A DNA stretch of 64,000 bases. Origin: the human T2T-CHM13v2.0 reference genome, Homo sapiens. The DNA is taken from assembly GCF_009914755.1 (NCBI RefSeq), contig NC_060934.1; one strand, given 5' to 3'. Both the position numbers and the translations under genes were made by a program. Positions within the stretch are counted from its first letter, which is position 1. Every line of letters begins with the position of its first letter. Below the pieces are notes generated by a model, which was given only the letters and a program-made list of their open reading frames with translations, searched no databases and was not told the DNA's origin. Below are positions 50,088 to 64,000 of the stretch, piece after piece.

Positions 50088-51336
50088 CTTAGGAATTAAA
50101 AATTTATTACCAATACTCATTATCAAGACAAAACTTATTTACCAATGCCTTTTACATTTTACTGTGGTGAAGAATTAACAAGGTACGAATTAACAGTATG
50201 CATAACTAATGTAACCTTTCTCATTATATACTTGACAAAAAAAGAACATTGTATCTGTTTTTCATTTTCAAAGCCAAAGTATTTAAGATTATAAATAACT
50301 AATATTTTCTCCTTATTTTTTTCCAGTCTGTGTATTTTCTGTGGAGCAGCTAGAGCTTTTTAAATTTTTTGATGAAAAAACTTTTAGTCAGATGAAGTCA
50401 ATAACTAGGGGCCCAGAAAACAAGATGGCTTCTGAGAGTAAAGCTAGGATGTAAAACACCAAAGGTGAATTTAATAATCAACATTTTTTTTCAGGGATCG
50501 GTCACCTCTATGGTCAAAGTGATAAAGAAGATTTGGGATCCAACCAAGGAAATATAGCAAAGTCCTGCATCATTAACAAAATTAATATATATAAGGGAAG
50601 AATAAAATTAGAAGTCCAGATAAAGGGATGTCCAGAGAACAAAGATTTGTCACTATCTTCAGGAATGTCCAAGGAAGAAAACACTCCATCAACTGACATA
50701 GATATTTTACAGTCCTTTCTTTAAAACGTTAATGAAATAAGCAAGGAGTCTTATTTCATACTATAATTATCTAGGAATAATACTAAAATTAACAAAAATA
50801 ACTATTATTATATAGTATATAGTATTAATCACTATCATTATTCTTGTTATCCATAGTATTACTAATAGCTAATTATCAAAGAATGTGTATGCTACCATTA
50901 TTTTCTGACAGTGGTTGTAAGGAAAATTCACCTTTCTTGCTTTCTTTAGGTGTTCCCCAAGCAGAAAATGAATGAATTGGTTTCACATGTAGTTTTCTAG
51001 CAGGCAAACATGCTAATATGGGCATAAACTTTTCATATCATTCTATTTTTCAGTGAAGTCAGTAACCAATTTATACAGAAGTCCCACGTGAGTTTGGTGA
51101 GTGTGCCTCAAGTAATTAACAATGCTGATCTCTGTGTGCTGACAAAAAAATGAATTTTGGAGCCAAAAATGTAAGGCCCTGACCATAAACCACAGTTGTC
51201 TCATTTTGGCACCTCTCTGATAAGGACTTCAGCCAGTGCCTTTCTACTACTGCTACCTGGAATCTTGCTTGATTCAGCATCACAGATATGTTTTAAGTGT
51301 TTCTTTTTTCATTCATAGAACCAAAGAAAAACAGTA

Positions 51337-51346
51337 TCCTTCCTTC

Positions 51347-51413
<67 letters not shown>

Positions 51414-51422
51414 TCCTTCTTT
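51337..51422. repeat. (TTTC)n/(TTCC)n microsatellite
   Basis: Read directly from the sequence. Confidence 0.95.
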
Positions 51423-53051
51423 ATTTCAACAGCATTCGTGTGTGTTTCTTTGGTGCTATATGCTGCTGCAGCAGTATACCATGCAAGAACAAAGAATGGA
51501 AAAGTGTAATGGCTTATACCAGAAGAAATCTCCTGTAAAATCTACAGGCTGGAACTTGGAATTTACTTTGAACTACCCTTCCATCTGGCAGAATAAGCAG
51601 AGCCTGTTTAACATTATGTACATAAATTTTCTCATACTGTCTTTAAATGAAAGCCTGTATGAGCTTTGCTACTCTATAGTAGCAGGACCTATTCCTGAAG
51701 ATAGCTTCATGGTATAGGTCACACTTGCATCTCTTTCCCACTATTACCGTATTTCAAGACACTGGAGTTTTCTGCTAGAAGGGTAGTGAGGAAGATGGTC
51801 TTATTTTAAGTCAAAAGTCCTGACTTATGTACAAAAAAATCATGTGTTATATGTGAATCAAGTGCTATTGTTGGAATTAAAAATTCTCCCTTGGCATGGC
51901 CATATTATACTTTTAAATTGTAGAAAAGGATAACCGAGTTATACAGGAATTGGCTTTTAGAAAAATGTCAAGTACAGTTCTGCTTTGGCTGGGCTAAATA
52001 ATCACAATTATTTAGCCACAATTATTTATATCTCCAAGCCAGGAGACAGGGAAGTGAGTGCATCCCTCAGGTGGGGGGAGTTGGGAGAAAATGCCTCTCT
52101 GAAGGCTGACCTGCGTCCTGTGTCTGAGCTCATGGCAAATTGTCAGTCAGTAGTTAAAGTATAACCCTGGACACAAAATGAAAACACGGAGCTTAGATTC
52201 TCTTCAGTGCTTATCTTTTATCTGATGCATTTTCCTGAAATGGAAGCAGGTTTTCATAACAACATTTTACGGCTTTTTTGCATAATCTCTCTCTCTCTCT
52301 CCACCCCCCCACACACACCCTCATCTTTTCTCTCTTGTCCCTCTTTATATGTTTTTCCTTTCACTGGAGTCTGCACAATGAATGATGACATGGATGTTCT
52401 GCAAAATTCCAAGCAATCTTTGATTTCTCTCCACAGTGGCTTAGTAGCTTCTTTCATAATTCTTAAGCTCCCAAACTCATTTCCTCCTCCTCACTTTCAA
52501 AGAAGAGCAAATTAACTGTTTTATTGATATAACTGGAGTTGGGGAGAAACAGCCAGTGACTATCTAGATAAGAGATAAACATTACCAGTCTTTCAGGCTC
52601 AGTTTTCACTCTAAATCCCATTCAATTCTTTGTGTCTTTTGACAACTGATTTCACCGGAATGTAGAAATGAATCTGCATGTGCCACACTGTGCTACTGAA
52701 AGTTAAGCCACCCCTTTTCTCCCCTCTTATTTGTGCAACAGAGAATTGAGGAAGGAAATGTTCAAAAGCCTATTTTTTCTGTACCCTCCCTATTCAAAAG
52801 TGCATAACATTTGCTAATGCAATTTATAGTCACTTGGCCCTGTTCAAATGCTGGCTCTAGTACCTTCTACTGGTGACAAAATCTCTCTGGCTTCCAGTGT
52901 CCTCATCTTTAAAACAGGAATTGTAATAATCCGCTTCATAAGATAGTTCATTCAGTCTATGCTTATTGAGCACTGACTCTAGTCAGGCATTCCTTTAGGC
53001 CTCTTACCTGCTTTAACTCAGTTTATCCAACAGCTACTTTTGATACAGTTA

Positions 53052-53567
53052 CAATACTCCCCCTTTATCCACAGGGGATACATTCCAAGACCCCTAGTGA
53101 GTACCTGAAACCAAGGATACTAGACGTTTTTTTCTTCCTGTACATACATACCTATAATAAAGCTTAATTTATAAATTAAGCACAGTAAGAGATGAACAAC
53201 AATAACTAATAATAAAACAGGACAATTACAAAAGTATGCCAGTACCACTACTCTTGTACTTTGGGATCATTTTAAAGTAAAATAAACATTACTTCAACTT
53301 AAGTACTGCAACACTGTGACAGTTGATCTGATAACCAAAGAAGGTCACTAAATGACTCGGGTGGGTGGAATATGCCATGTGGACATGCTGGAAAAATGGA
53401 GGATTCATGTCCCTCTGGATGGCATGAGAGTTCATCAGAATGGCCTGCAATTTAAAACTTTTGGATTGTTCATTTCTGGAATTTTATATTTAATATTTTT
53501 GGAACACAGCTGACCACAGGTAACTGAAATCATGGAAAGTAAAACTGCAGATAAGAGGAAACTATTG
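53052..53567 (-). mobile_element. MER44B-type Tigger MITE inserted in a MIR
   Basis: TIRs 'caatactccccctttatccac' and 'gcagataagaggaaactattg'; TA on both sides. Confidence 0.88.
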
Positions 53568-55374
53568 TACTATTATTATTCATATTTTACAGATGGGAAA
53601 ATGTGAAAAAGCATCACATTATTAAAAGCTGGGCAGTGACTAATGCTGCAATGCAGGACAATTTAGTGAATCTGGGTTGGAGCCTAGGGTTTAGGTTCTG
53701 AGCCTAAGCTTCTGAGTCCCACATCTCTGAATCCTGTATCTGCATCTTGGAATGGTACCATTCTCCAACGAGCTCTGTGCAGTGGCAAATATGCTGAAAT
53801 ACACTCTAGGGCATTTTAGTGCACACTGATTTCTTCCTGGCCCAATAATTATCTCACGAGCTAAGTGATCATTTTATAAATGGCTACCTTTTTGCAAAGG
53901 AAATTAGGGGGGGATGGATGAGTGAAGAGGCAATGCTGCAGATTCCCATTTCCCCTCCAAGCAGCTTTTGGATAGAGAAGAATAAACTCACACAATGACT
54001 ATGCTAGTAGGTTTTATTATCTCATGTTTAAAGGAGAAACACACAAGACTTAAAGTAGTAAATTAAATTGTCCAAGGTCATCAAACAAAATAAGTAGTGG
54101 TTACATTTCTAATTCTTTCTAACTCTAAAGAATAAACTCTTCACTGCAAAAACCTTGCTTCTCTGTGATAGTTTTAAGGATGTTCACTGATTATGTTTGG
54201 CTCTCCATCTTATGGCACATGATAGGTCTGCCTCGGTACTTGAGTGGAGATATTTTTCACCTACTTATTTTCCTACTCTTGTTTGTCTCAGACTGTTATT
54301 ATTATGTAAAGTTCTGAACACAGAGGAATTGACAGCGAGGAAAAGGAGGTATGCTAGTAAGTAAGTATAACATAATTTTGTGATAAATGGTTTGGTCTAT
54401 TCAAACTACAATGTGCTCAGCACATGTGCAAATTAGTTAAGAGTTGATTGTGAGTCAATTGATAAAGGAAGAGGCAAAGCAATGTGTTAAAGCAGGAACA
54501 TTACAATATCTAGTCAATCCCTAGACTAAGTAGCATCACTAAGATTTTGCAGTATTAGGCAAATTACATTTCATTGAGTCTCTGACGCATCAACCATAAA
54601 ATAAGGTTTTAATTCAATGCTTTATGCCATAAATCAGTATATAAAATAAAGAATGGTCACTATTACATGAGAGGCCAGTATTAATAAATTTCCCTGTGTA
54701 CTTGTTCATTCACCATCAAAAGTTTTTGGACTGGCTCATGTTCCTGTGATTGTACCCAATTTCCCAAACATATGTATAGTATATATAGATACTTTCTGGT
54801 TTATAAGTTCTGGGAGATGATAGGCCCATGCTATCAGTAATAAAGAGCATGTCAGTTGTTGACTTTCCATACTAGTTTTACCATGTAATATATTTATCAA
54901 TACTTGTATTTGTTTTTAGGAATCCAATTTATCTTTTCCAGAGCTTCATTCTCAATAACCGCCTAACCCAATCAGTGCTAAATCACCATCAGGGTAAAAT
55001 CTAAAACAACAAAACAGAAGAATATCAGTATAAATATTAAAAAGCTTCAAACTCCCACCTGGCCTTTTTTTCAGTGCAACTAAGTGTCCTAATCAGCAGG
55101 TATGAGTCAATGTAGGCAACAGAGTGAGCCCACAGAATCCTCAACCCTTCTATGCTCTGCACATCTCACAGTGAATTCAAGGCAGAGAAAAAAAAAAAAC
55201 TGTTCCCAAAGTTAAGAACCATGTTGTTCTAGCATCTAAGATTAGGCAGTTTTCAAAGGCTAAGTCAGCATTCTGCTCATTCCTTTAGAACACTAAATAC
55301 AACTAGAGAGAATGTAACTAATTTGTTATTGACCTAATTTTTACATGTCTCACCATGTAGAAGAAAACTCCATA

Positions 55375-55465
55375 CGGAGAATGATTTGAATGTCTTATGT
55401 CTTCAGAGCCTACTAGAGTCCCTGGCATTGGGTAGGCCTCAAAAAACCTTTGTTGTGAATTTAAA
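55375..55465 (+). mobile_element. L2 3' tail
   Basis: 'cagagcctactagagtccctggcattgggtaggcctcaaaaaacctttgttgtgaat'. Confidence 0.55.
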
Positions 55466-55499
55466 AATATGAAATATTTGTGGATATAACAGCACATTT

Positions 55500-56745
55500 T
55501 TAATTCATTCATTCAATCAACAGATTTTGAGGTCTTGTGTAGATGGCACAATGGGGATGCAATGATAAAGAAATTAGATATGAAACTTACCCTCTGGTGG
55601 GTGAGATGGACATTAAATTATTATTTATATAATTAGATATTTAATTACAATTTTGAAAAGCACTACAAATAAGAAATACAGTTTGCCAAGGAAACATATT
55701 ATTTGATCTAAGCTGTGTGAGGTAGTTTAGGGAAGGATTCCCCGATAAAGTGACACTTGAGGCAAGATGTAAGGAATTATTGGTAATTAATGTGACGTGT
55801 CTCGAAGAAGAAAGGGCATTCCAGAGGAAAGAATACACTTCAAGGTCCTGAGATGCAAAGGCTAAAGCTGCATTCAAAGGACTGAGGGAAGCTCAATGTG
55901 GCCAAGGCAGGAAAAGTGAACCAGAGTCCTGTGGGATCAGTTTAATGAGGCAGGCAGGGACTGGCTGTTCCAAGAACTTACAGGTTATGTTAAGGTTATT
56001 TTTTTTCATTGTCCCAAGAAGAAGGAGAAGCACTTGAAGGGTTTTAGCCATAGATTTGTTTTTAAAATATAATTGTGGCTGTACTAATGATAATAGCTTA
56101 GAGAAATGTAACAGTGCATGTGAGGAAACCAGTCAAGAGGCAAGAGCATGGAGGGTGAAAGTGAAGATAGAAAAAAATAATAATAAAGAGGATTTGGAGT
56201 TGGGAAGAAAATTAGGTTGTAAATTTGATGACAGATGGTGATTAAGATGTGGGGATGGGGTGAGAAAATGTTAAAGATAAATCTCTAATTTGTATCTTGC
56301 ATGATTCAGTCCCATTCAGACCAATTCAGGGTCAACTTACTCATTAGGCTCAGCAGACACGGTGCCTGGGGCCCACAGAATTTTTAGAGGGGTTGTCAAG
56401 AAATTTTTTGATTTTCTTTTAATCCAAAGAGCAAAATGAACTTTAGCAAAGACAATGCTTAAACATATAATATTAATATATTCTTCTTTATACCAATGCA
56501 ATAAAATATAACTTTTAATATTCTTATGGAGGAAACAAAAGTGCCCAGGGCCCGTGGAAGTCATAATGCAGCCCTGGAGCAACTGTCAGTGATATAACAA
56601 AACTGGATGAAGACCAGGTGGGCATGGGGCTGGAGGCTATGGCAGCACAGGGCAAGTTGGCTCTGACATCAGTTGAGTTCAAGGTACCTGCGAAACATCC
56701 AAGTGCAAGTGACAGAAAGTCCTTTAGATATACAACTTGAAAATT
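55500..56745 (-). mobile_element. L2 3' portion (interrupted by ORSL)
   Basis: 'ttcattcattcaatcaacag...gggaaggattccccgataaagtgacacttgagg...gttgagttcaaggtacctgcgaaacatccaagtg'. Confidence 0.8.
56327..56576 (+). mobile_element. ORSL-like hAT-Tip100 MITE
   Basis: CAGGG...CCCTG termini; repeated 'gtgcc(t/c)(g/a)gggccc'; 8-bp TSD GACCAATT/GAGCAACT. Confidence 0.75.
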
Positions 56746-57304
56746 ACTATGGCATTCTGAATGTCAGAACATGTGGAGTCATAAAGTATGGATTTCAGTT
56801 CCAACTTCACCATTGTGGTAAACTTTGGTTACTCTTACTACCTTAAACAACATCATCTTTCCTTCAAGAAATGCTTCAAAACACATGGCTTTGTTGATGG
56901 TGACCCTTGGCCCAGTTGTAGTGAGAGGTTACCTGTGGGCTTACCCAAAATGAGCCAATCAGAGTCCTCCTGTGGGATTTTGTATCTGACAGTGGTTGGA
57001 AAGACTCCTGTGACTTCCTACCAGTAAATCTACTAGAACGTGCCCTTGAAATTGCCAGGGAAAGGGTACACTACCACACACAGAGACTTACTTGAGAAAA
57101 TGAAGCCAACATTTATAAAGTGACAGATTCAGTGTGGAGAAAATTCCAATGCCATTGTCACCCCTGTTTCCAATCCTACCACCACATCTACCCTTGCATT
57201 CTCTAGATAATTGACCAATAAGTTGTCTAGTCTGTTTAGGGTAATTACAATTTTGATTTCTATCATTTTCAAAAGCAAGAAAGATGGCAAATACAACTAC
57301 AAAA

Positions 57305-57480
57305 CACCACATGATATTGGGTAAGTCTTGTAATCTCCCCAAGCTTCAGTTTTCTGGTCTGTAGGATGAATATGGAACAACAACAACAACAACATAGGGT
57401 CATGAAGATTACATGAGAAAATCAGAAAATTGCTTTAAAGTTCAGTGTACAGCATGCACACATTGGTTATCATTTTCATG
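57305..57480 (+). mobile_element. MIR SINE
   Basis: 'atgatattgggtaagtcttgtaatctccccaagcttcagttttctggtctgtaggatg'. Confidence 0.7.
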
Positions 57481-57819
57481 ACGAAGAAGAGAGAAAGCAG
57501 GAGGGACTTCTAGATGTCAACATGGGAGCTGTTTGGCCCACACAGGGTCTGGCTCAGTTACTGGGAAGCCATTACATGTGGTTTAAAGAGTGCTTTCTCA
57601 ATGTGCACCATTAGATCCAAGAAAAGTCATTATTATTTTTCTGTGGTACTTTCTGCTTCATGTTAATCTTTTTTCCTTTTCTTTTTTGTTATTGTTGTTG
57701 TTGCAGCTCCCTCTTCACAGAACGTGTTAATCTTTACTAATTTTCCAACATTTGCAAAAAGCAGTGAGCTTACTCTGTATGAAATTCATGTAGAGCTAGG
57801 ATGAGTTGCCTTCCACCTC

Positions 57820-58045
57820 ACTTAATGCTCACAGTGAAAAATTCCTTCTCTGTGTCCTCTAAGTGTCCTGTCCTAACTGTACTATTGACCTCTCCTCATT
57901 GCAGTGTGAACTGTTTATGTCCACTATCTCTCACTGATTAGACTGTGAGTCTTCAAGGACAGACATATAGTCTCATTTATGTGTGTATACCCCAGCACTG
58001 AGCACACAACAGGTACTCAACAAACATTAGTTCAATAAACAGATG
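57820..58045 (+). mobile_element. L2 3' end
   Basis: 'tagactgtgagtcttcaaggacagac...tataccccagcactgagcacacaacaggtactcaacaaacatt'. Confidence 0.75.
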
Positions 58046-58953
58046 AATTTAGATACATTATATAGTAAACTCACAAAACACACATTAGCATCTCTAACAC
58101 CAGTAATGTGTAATCCGCACTGTAGAATCTGAAATAAAATCCAAGCAGCTGGATTGAGATTTGGAAGTATATATATGGACAAACAGGTGGTGCTCAGCTC
58201 GAGGGTGGCCTGCATCCCCTTTATGAGAAAGAGGCCCTGTGAAGGTAGATGTGAACTGTCTTCAGCTTAGCCTGTGGCAGGAGGCAAGCTCTCGTTAGGA
58301 GTACCTGAAAAAACACATTTCCACAATAAGACAACTGGTTGTTCAAGACACTGCCACCACACAGCTTTACTCTATCTGGCTTTTACTTTATAGGTCTATC
58401 ATTAGGGCATCTATATTTTATTTCTGTAAAAACTGATAACGAAGTCAGAAAGAGCCTTTTGTGGCATCACTATTTGTAAATTATACGGGCATAAAAGAGC
58501 ATCACAAAGACTAGAACTCATATTTTGCATTCTCCAATAAGCATACTATCAATTAAAAGCTCAAGGTCAAGAAGCTTAGCCAAGTTTCCATCCAGATGGA
58601 ATTTATAATAAATGTTATAAAGCACTGAAAACAGGGGATTCCAGCCAAAGCAAAGACATGTCATAAAAGGTACACACCTCCCTAATGTGGTAATAGCACC
58701 ACAAGCATGGGTCTTAGTTTGCCACAAATCTGCTTTTTCATTCTGTTTTTCAGCAAACATGTATTCAGTGCCTACTATGTGCTGAAGAATGCATAGAAGC
58801 TGTAGTCATGAGAAGGTCCCCGAGAAAATGAGAAGAAATATATATACACAAACTCAGACCCAGATGTACATGGACACACACACCATGTGCAGCTAGTAGC
58901 GCAAAATCAGTCAGACTAAGGCAGAGTAATTGGTGATTGCTTCTTCAAGCCTG

Positions 58954-59434
58954 TGTTATGGGTTGAATGTGTTCCTTCAAAATTCACATGTTTAAGTTCG
59001 GACCCCAGTACTTCAGAATGTGCCTTATTTGGTAATAGGTTTTCAGTAGACGTAATTAGTTAGGTTAAGATGAGATTATACTGGGGTGGGGTAGGCCCCT
59101 AATCCAATATGGCTATTGTCCTTATAGCACAGGAAAATTTGGACACAGACACACATACAGCAAAAACACCACGTGCAGATAACAATCATGCTGCCACAAG
59201 CCAAGAAACTACCAGAAGCTAGGAGAGAGACCTGAAGCAAGTCTCTATCTCCTACTCCAGAGTGATTGTTTGATTGGAGCGTGGGATGGAATTTATACCT
59301 TCAGAGAAAGGATGGCTCTGTGAACACCTTGATCTTAGACTCCTGACCTCCAGAACTACGAGACACTATATTGCTGTTGTTTAAGCAATTCAGTTTGTGG
59401 AACTTTTTTACAGCAGCCCCAGGAAACTAATACA
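58954..59434 (+). mobile_element. MLT1B/C MaLR solo LTR
   Basis: 'tgttatgggttgaatgtg...ccccagtacttcagaatgtg...gtaggcccctaatccaatatg...ggaaactaataca'. Confidence 0.9.
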
Positions 59435-59631
59435 ACTTAGTTGATGGTTGATTAGATGACTGATGATTAAATGACGTAGTGTATATGAAAAAGCTTTTTG
59501 AACTTCAAAGTTTAAAAGCACAAAAATGTACATCATCCATAGAGGCCTTTTGCACAGCCCAAATTATATTGTGTTCCCAAGCAAGTCTGAGCCCCAGGCT
59601 TTAGATTTCAAGAGCAAAGCATGGAATCTGG

Positions 59632-59950
59632 ATCTGTACCATACAATACAGGAGCCACTTGCCACGTGGGAGCACCCAAAATGTGCCTAGTTCAAAGTGA
59701 GATGCACCGTGTCAAACACACACCAGATTCCAAAGACTTCCTCTGAAAAAAATGTTAAATTGTTCATTAATATTTTTTATACCAACTACATGCTGAAATG
59801 ATAAAATTTTAGATGTATTGAGTTAAATAAAATATGCTATTAAAAATAATTATTTCACCTGCTTTTTTATTTTCACCTTTTTAATGTGGCTACTAGAAAA
59901 TTTACAATTACATATGTGGCACATATTCTATTTGTATTATACAGCACAAC
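59632..59950. mobile_element. MER33 hAT-Charlie MITE
   Basis: 'agccacttgccacgtg...acacaccagattccaaagac...ttttaatgtggctactagaaaatttacaattacatatgtggc'. Confidence 0.82.
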
Positions 59951-61254
59951 TCTAAAGGTAAAATGTGTCCCTACATTTTCCTGAAATCACATAGATACTA
60001 TTTTCCATCTGGTTATGTGTCAATTATAGCAGAAGGTCTTCCTTCAGATCACCAAATCAGAGCACTTTGCAGTTAAGTGCAAGGAGGTTTGCCTGCCAGT
60101 GGTTTCATCAGCTGCTCCCACCTCACCAGGGAAGGTTTTAAAAGTTCAGACCTTTGATCTCCTTCCTCTGCTTGTCTTCATTCCACCGCCTAAGAACTCC
60201 AACTCATCCAGTTGGTGGCGAGATCTCAGATTTTAATTCACAATTAGGTTAGAAAGCCAGTGTCCTTTGCTCTTCAATGAGGAGGTAGTTTTTGAGAAAT
60301 GACTTCCCCTTGGCCAAACAGAAAAGTCTAAACATTCTACTTTCGAAATTATACAGACTACCATTAAATTTACAGCCTGTCACTTACTATCCCTGGGACT
60401 TTTCACAGATACTTAGGGCTAAGCATTAGCCGGGTGATAGAGATACAGATAATTACGAAATAGATTCTGCCATTAGGGGACTGAGAAGCAATTTGGGAAA
60501 CTAGCATTTACCTCCAGGGTTACAATGATCATTGAATGACAGCTCATATGAAAAGTGCAGTGTTCTCTATGGACATAATACCTATTAGCAGGATTATCAC
60601 CTCAAATTAAAAAGCCTTAGTATTATGTGTGACACAAAGAAGTTTTTTTGTAATACAGTCCCGCCCCATTTTTATTACCTCACAGTTCACTACACTTTTC
60701 AATGCCCTGAAACGTCTCCCAAAATATTCACTTTAGATATATGAAAATTAAAATCCAGGAAGATATATGACACAACAACTCCCATCCCCCAATTACACAA
60801 TCACTCTGAAGCAGCAAATGAAGATAGCAGACCACTTTGTGGGGCTATCCCCAGTCTTAAGGAACTTATCCATAATAAGCAGGATTGTGTCAACTGAAAC
60901 TATGGGGACAAGCTCCGACCCTAGGTGATACACTGCCATGAAGTAGACAGGATGCCCCATCAAGCAGGGATCAACACAGGACAAAAGTATAATCCTCGCA
61001 TTTAGGATGCATGGCAAATTCAGGACCTGCCAGACACTGAAAAGCAAAGAATTAAGGAGACATTCCTGATATATTTCCAGACATATTCTACGGGCATCTC
61101 CTTGCACAAGGCTTCCAAGGTATACACTCTTCTTACCTTTCCAGGATGAAGAACAGGATTTAAGAAATAGAGAAAAGAAAGCTAAGTTAACAGTAGCTTA
61201 ATTCCTTGAAGAAACCAATATTAACATCACAAATATGTTTCATTTAAGTCTTTT

Positions 61255-63580
<2,326 letters not shown>

Positions 63581-64000
63581 ATATTTATTAGTTCTTTGAC
63601 TTTCTTTGAGAAATGGCGATTCATACCCTTTGCCCACTTTATTACTATATTAGTGGCTCTCTACCACTACTTACAATACGTATGAGTTCTGTATACACTA
63701 AGAATAGCAACACTTCATTCCAGTACTTCTTCAGAATATTTTGTGAATACTTTCCTTGGGTTTTCTTTATTTTTAATTTTTCTTTGAATGTTTCGTTGTT
63801 ACATTTTTTAATGTAATCAAAGTCATTATTTATTGACTTTGCAACTGTCTTCACTGTTTTTATGTATACCTAGAAAGTCTCTTTCCTGCAAGGTCCAAAT
63901 AAATATAGAAAATATTTTTCTCTTTTTGAAGAATAGTTTTATTTTTTAATACTTCTTTTAATTAATATAGTTAGAAATCATTTTACTGAATAATTAACTA

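Noticed and set aside
51236-51538. ORFs with (SFFL)n
   Set aside because: Translation of the (TTTC)n microsatellite.
60793-61140. 104-aa minus-strand ORF and a nearby AAG|GTAAGA donor at 61137
   Set aside because: Non-ATG start, no recognisable protein, and no good matching acceptor upstream of the donor.

Overview
Primate genomic DNA, most likely human or great ape, judged from five Alu elements and a young L1PA2/PA3 copy. It is AT-rich and CpG-poor and is dominated by interspersed repeats: L1 of several ages, L2, MIR, MaLR/ERVL LTRs, and hAT, Tigger and MuDR DNA transposons. I found no recognisable host protein-coding exon, RNA gene, CpG island or CRISPR array, so the window reads as intergenic or deep-intronic. 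I did not find a demonstrably new biological system. The most informative structures are four. (1) A MER44A split by a ~6.3 kb L1PA15/16-type insertion, which appears to carry a ~390 bp 3' transduction, lacks ~2 kb of ORF2 and has a tandem-monomer 5' UTR. (2) A complete Ricksha (MuDR) transposon carrying ERVL cargo and a still-open FLYWCH transposase N-terminal frame. (3) An old L1MC/MD-type element with twin-priming 5'-inversion geometry. (4) A few candidate cassette exons and motif-rich unique islands. Repeat family calls are from recalled consensus sequences, not database searches, and the boundaries of old repeats are approximate.
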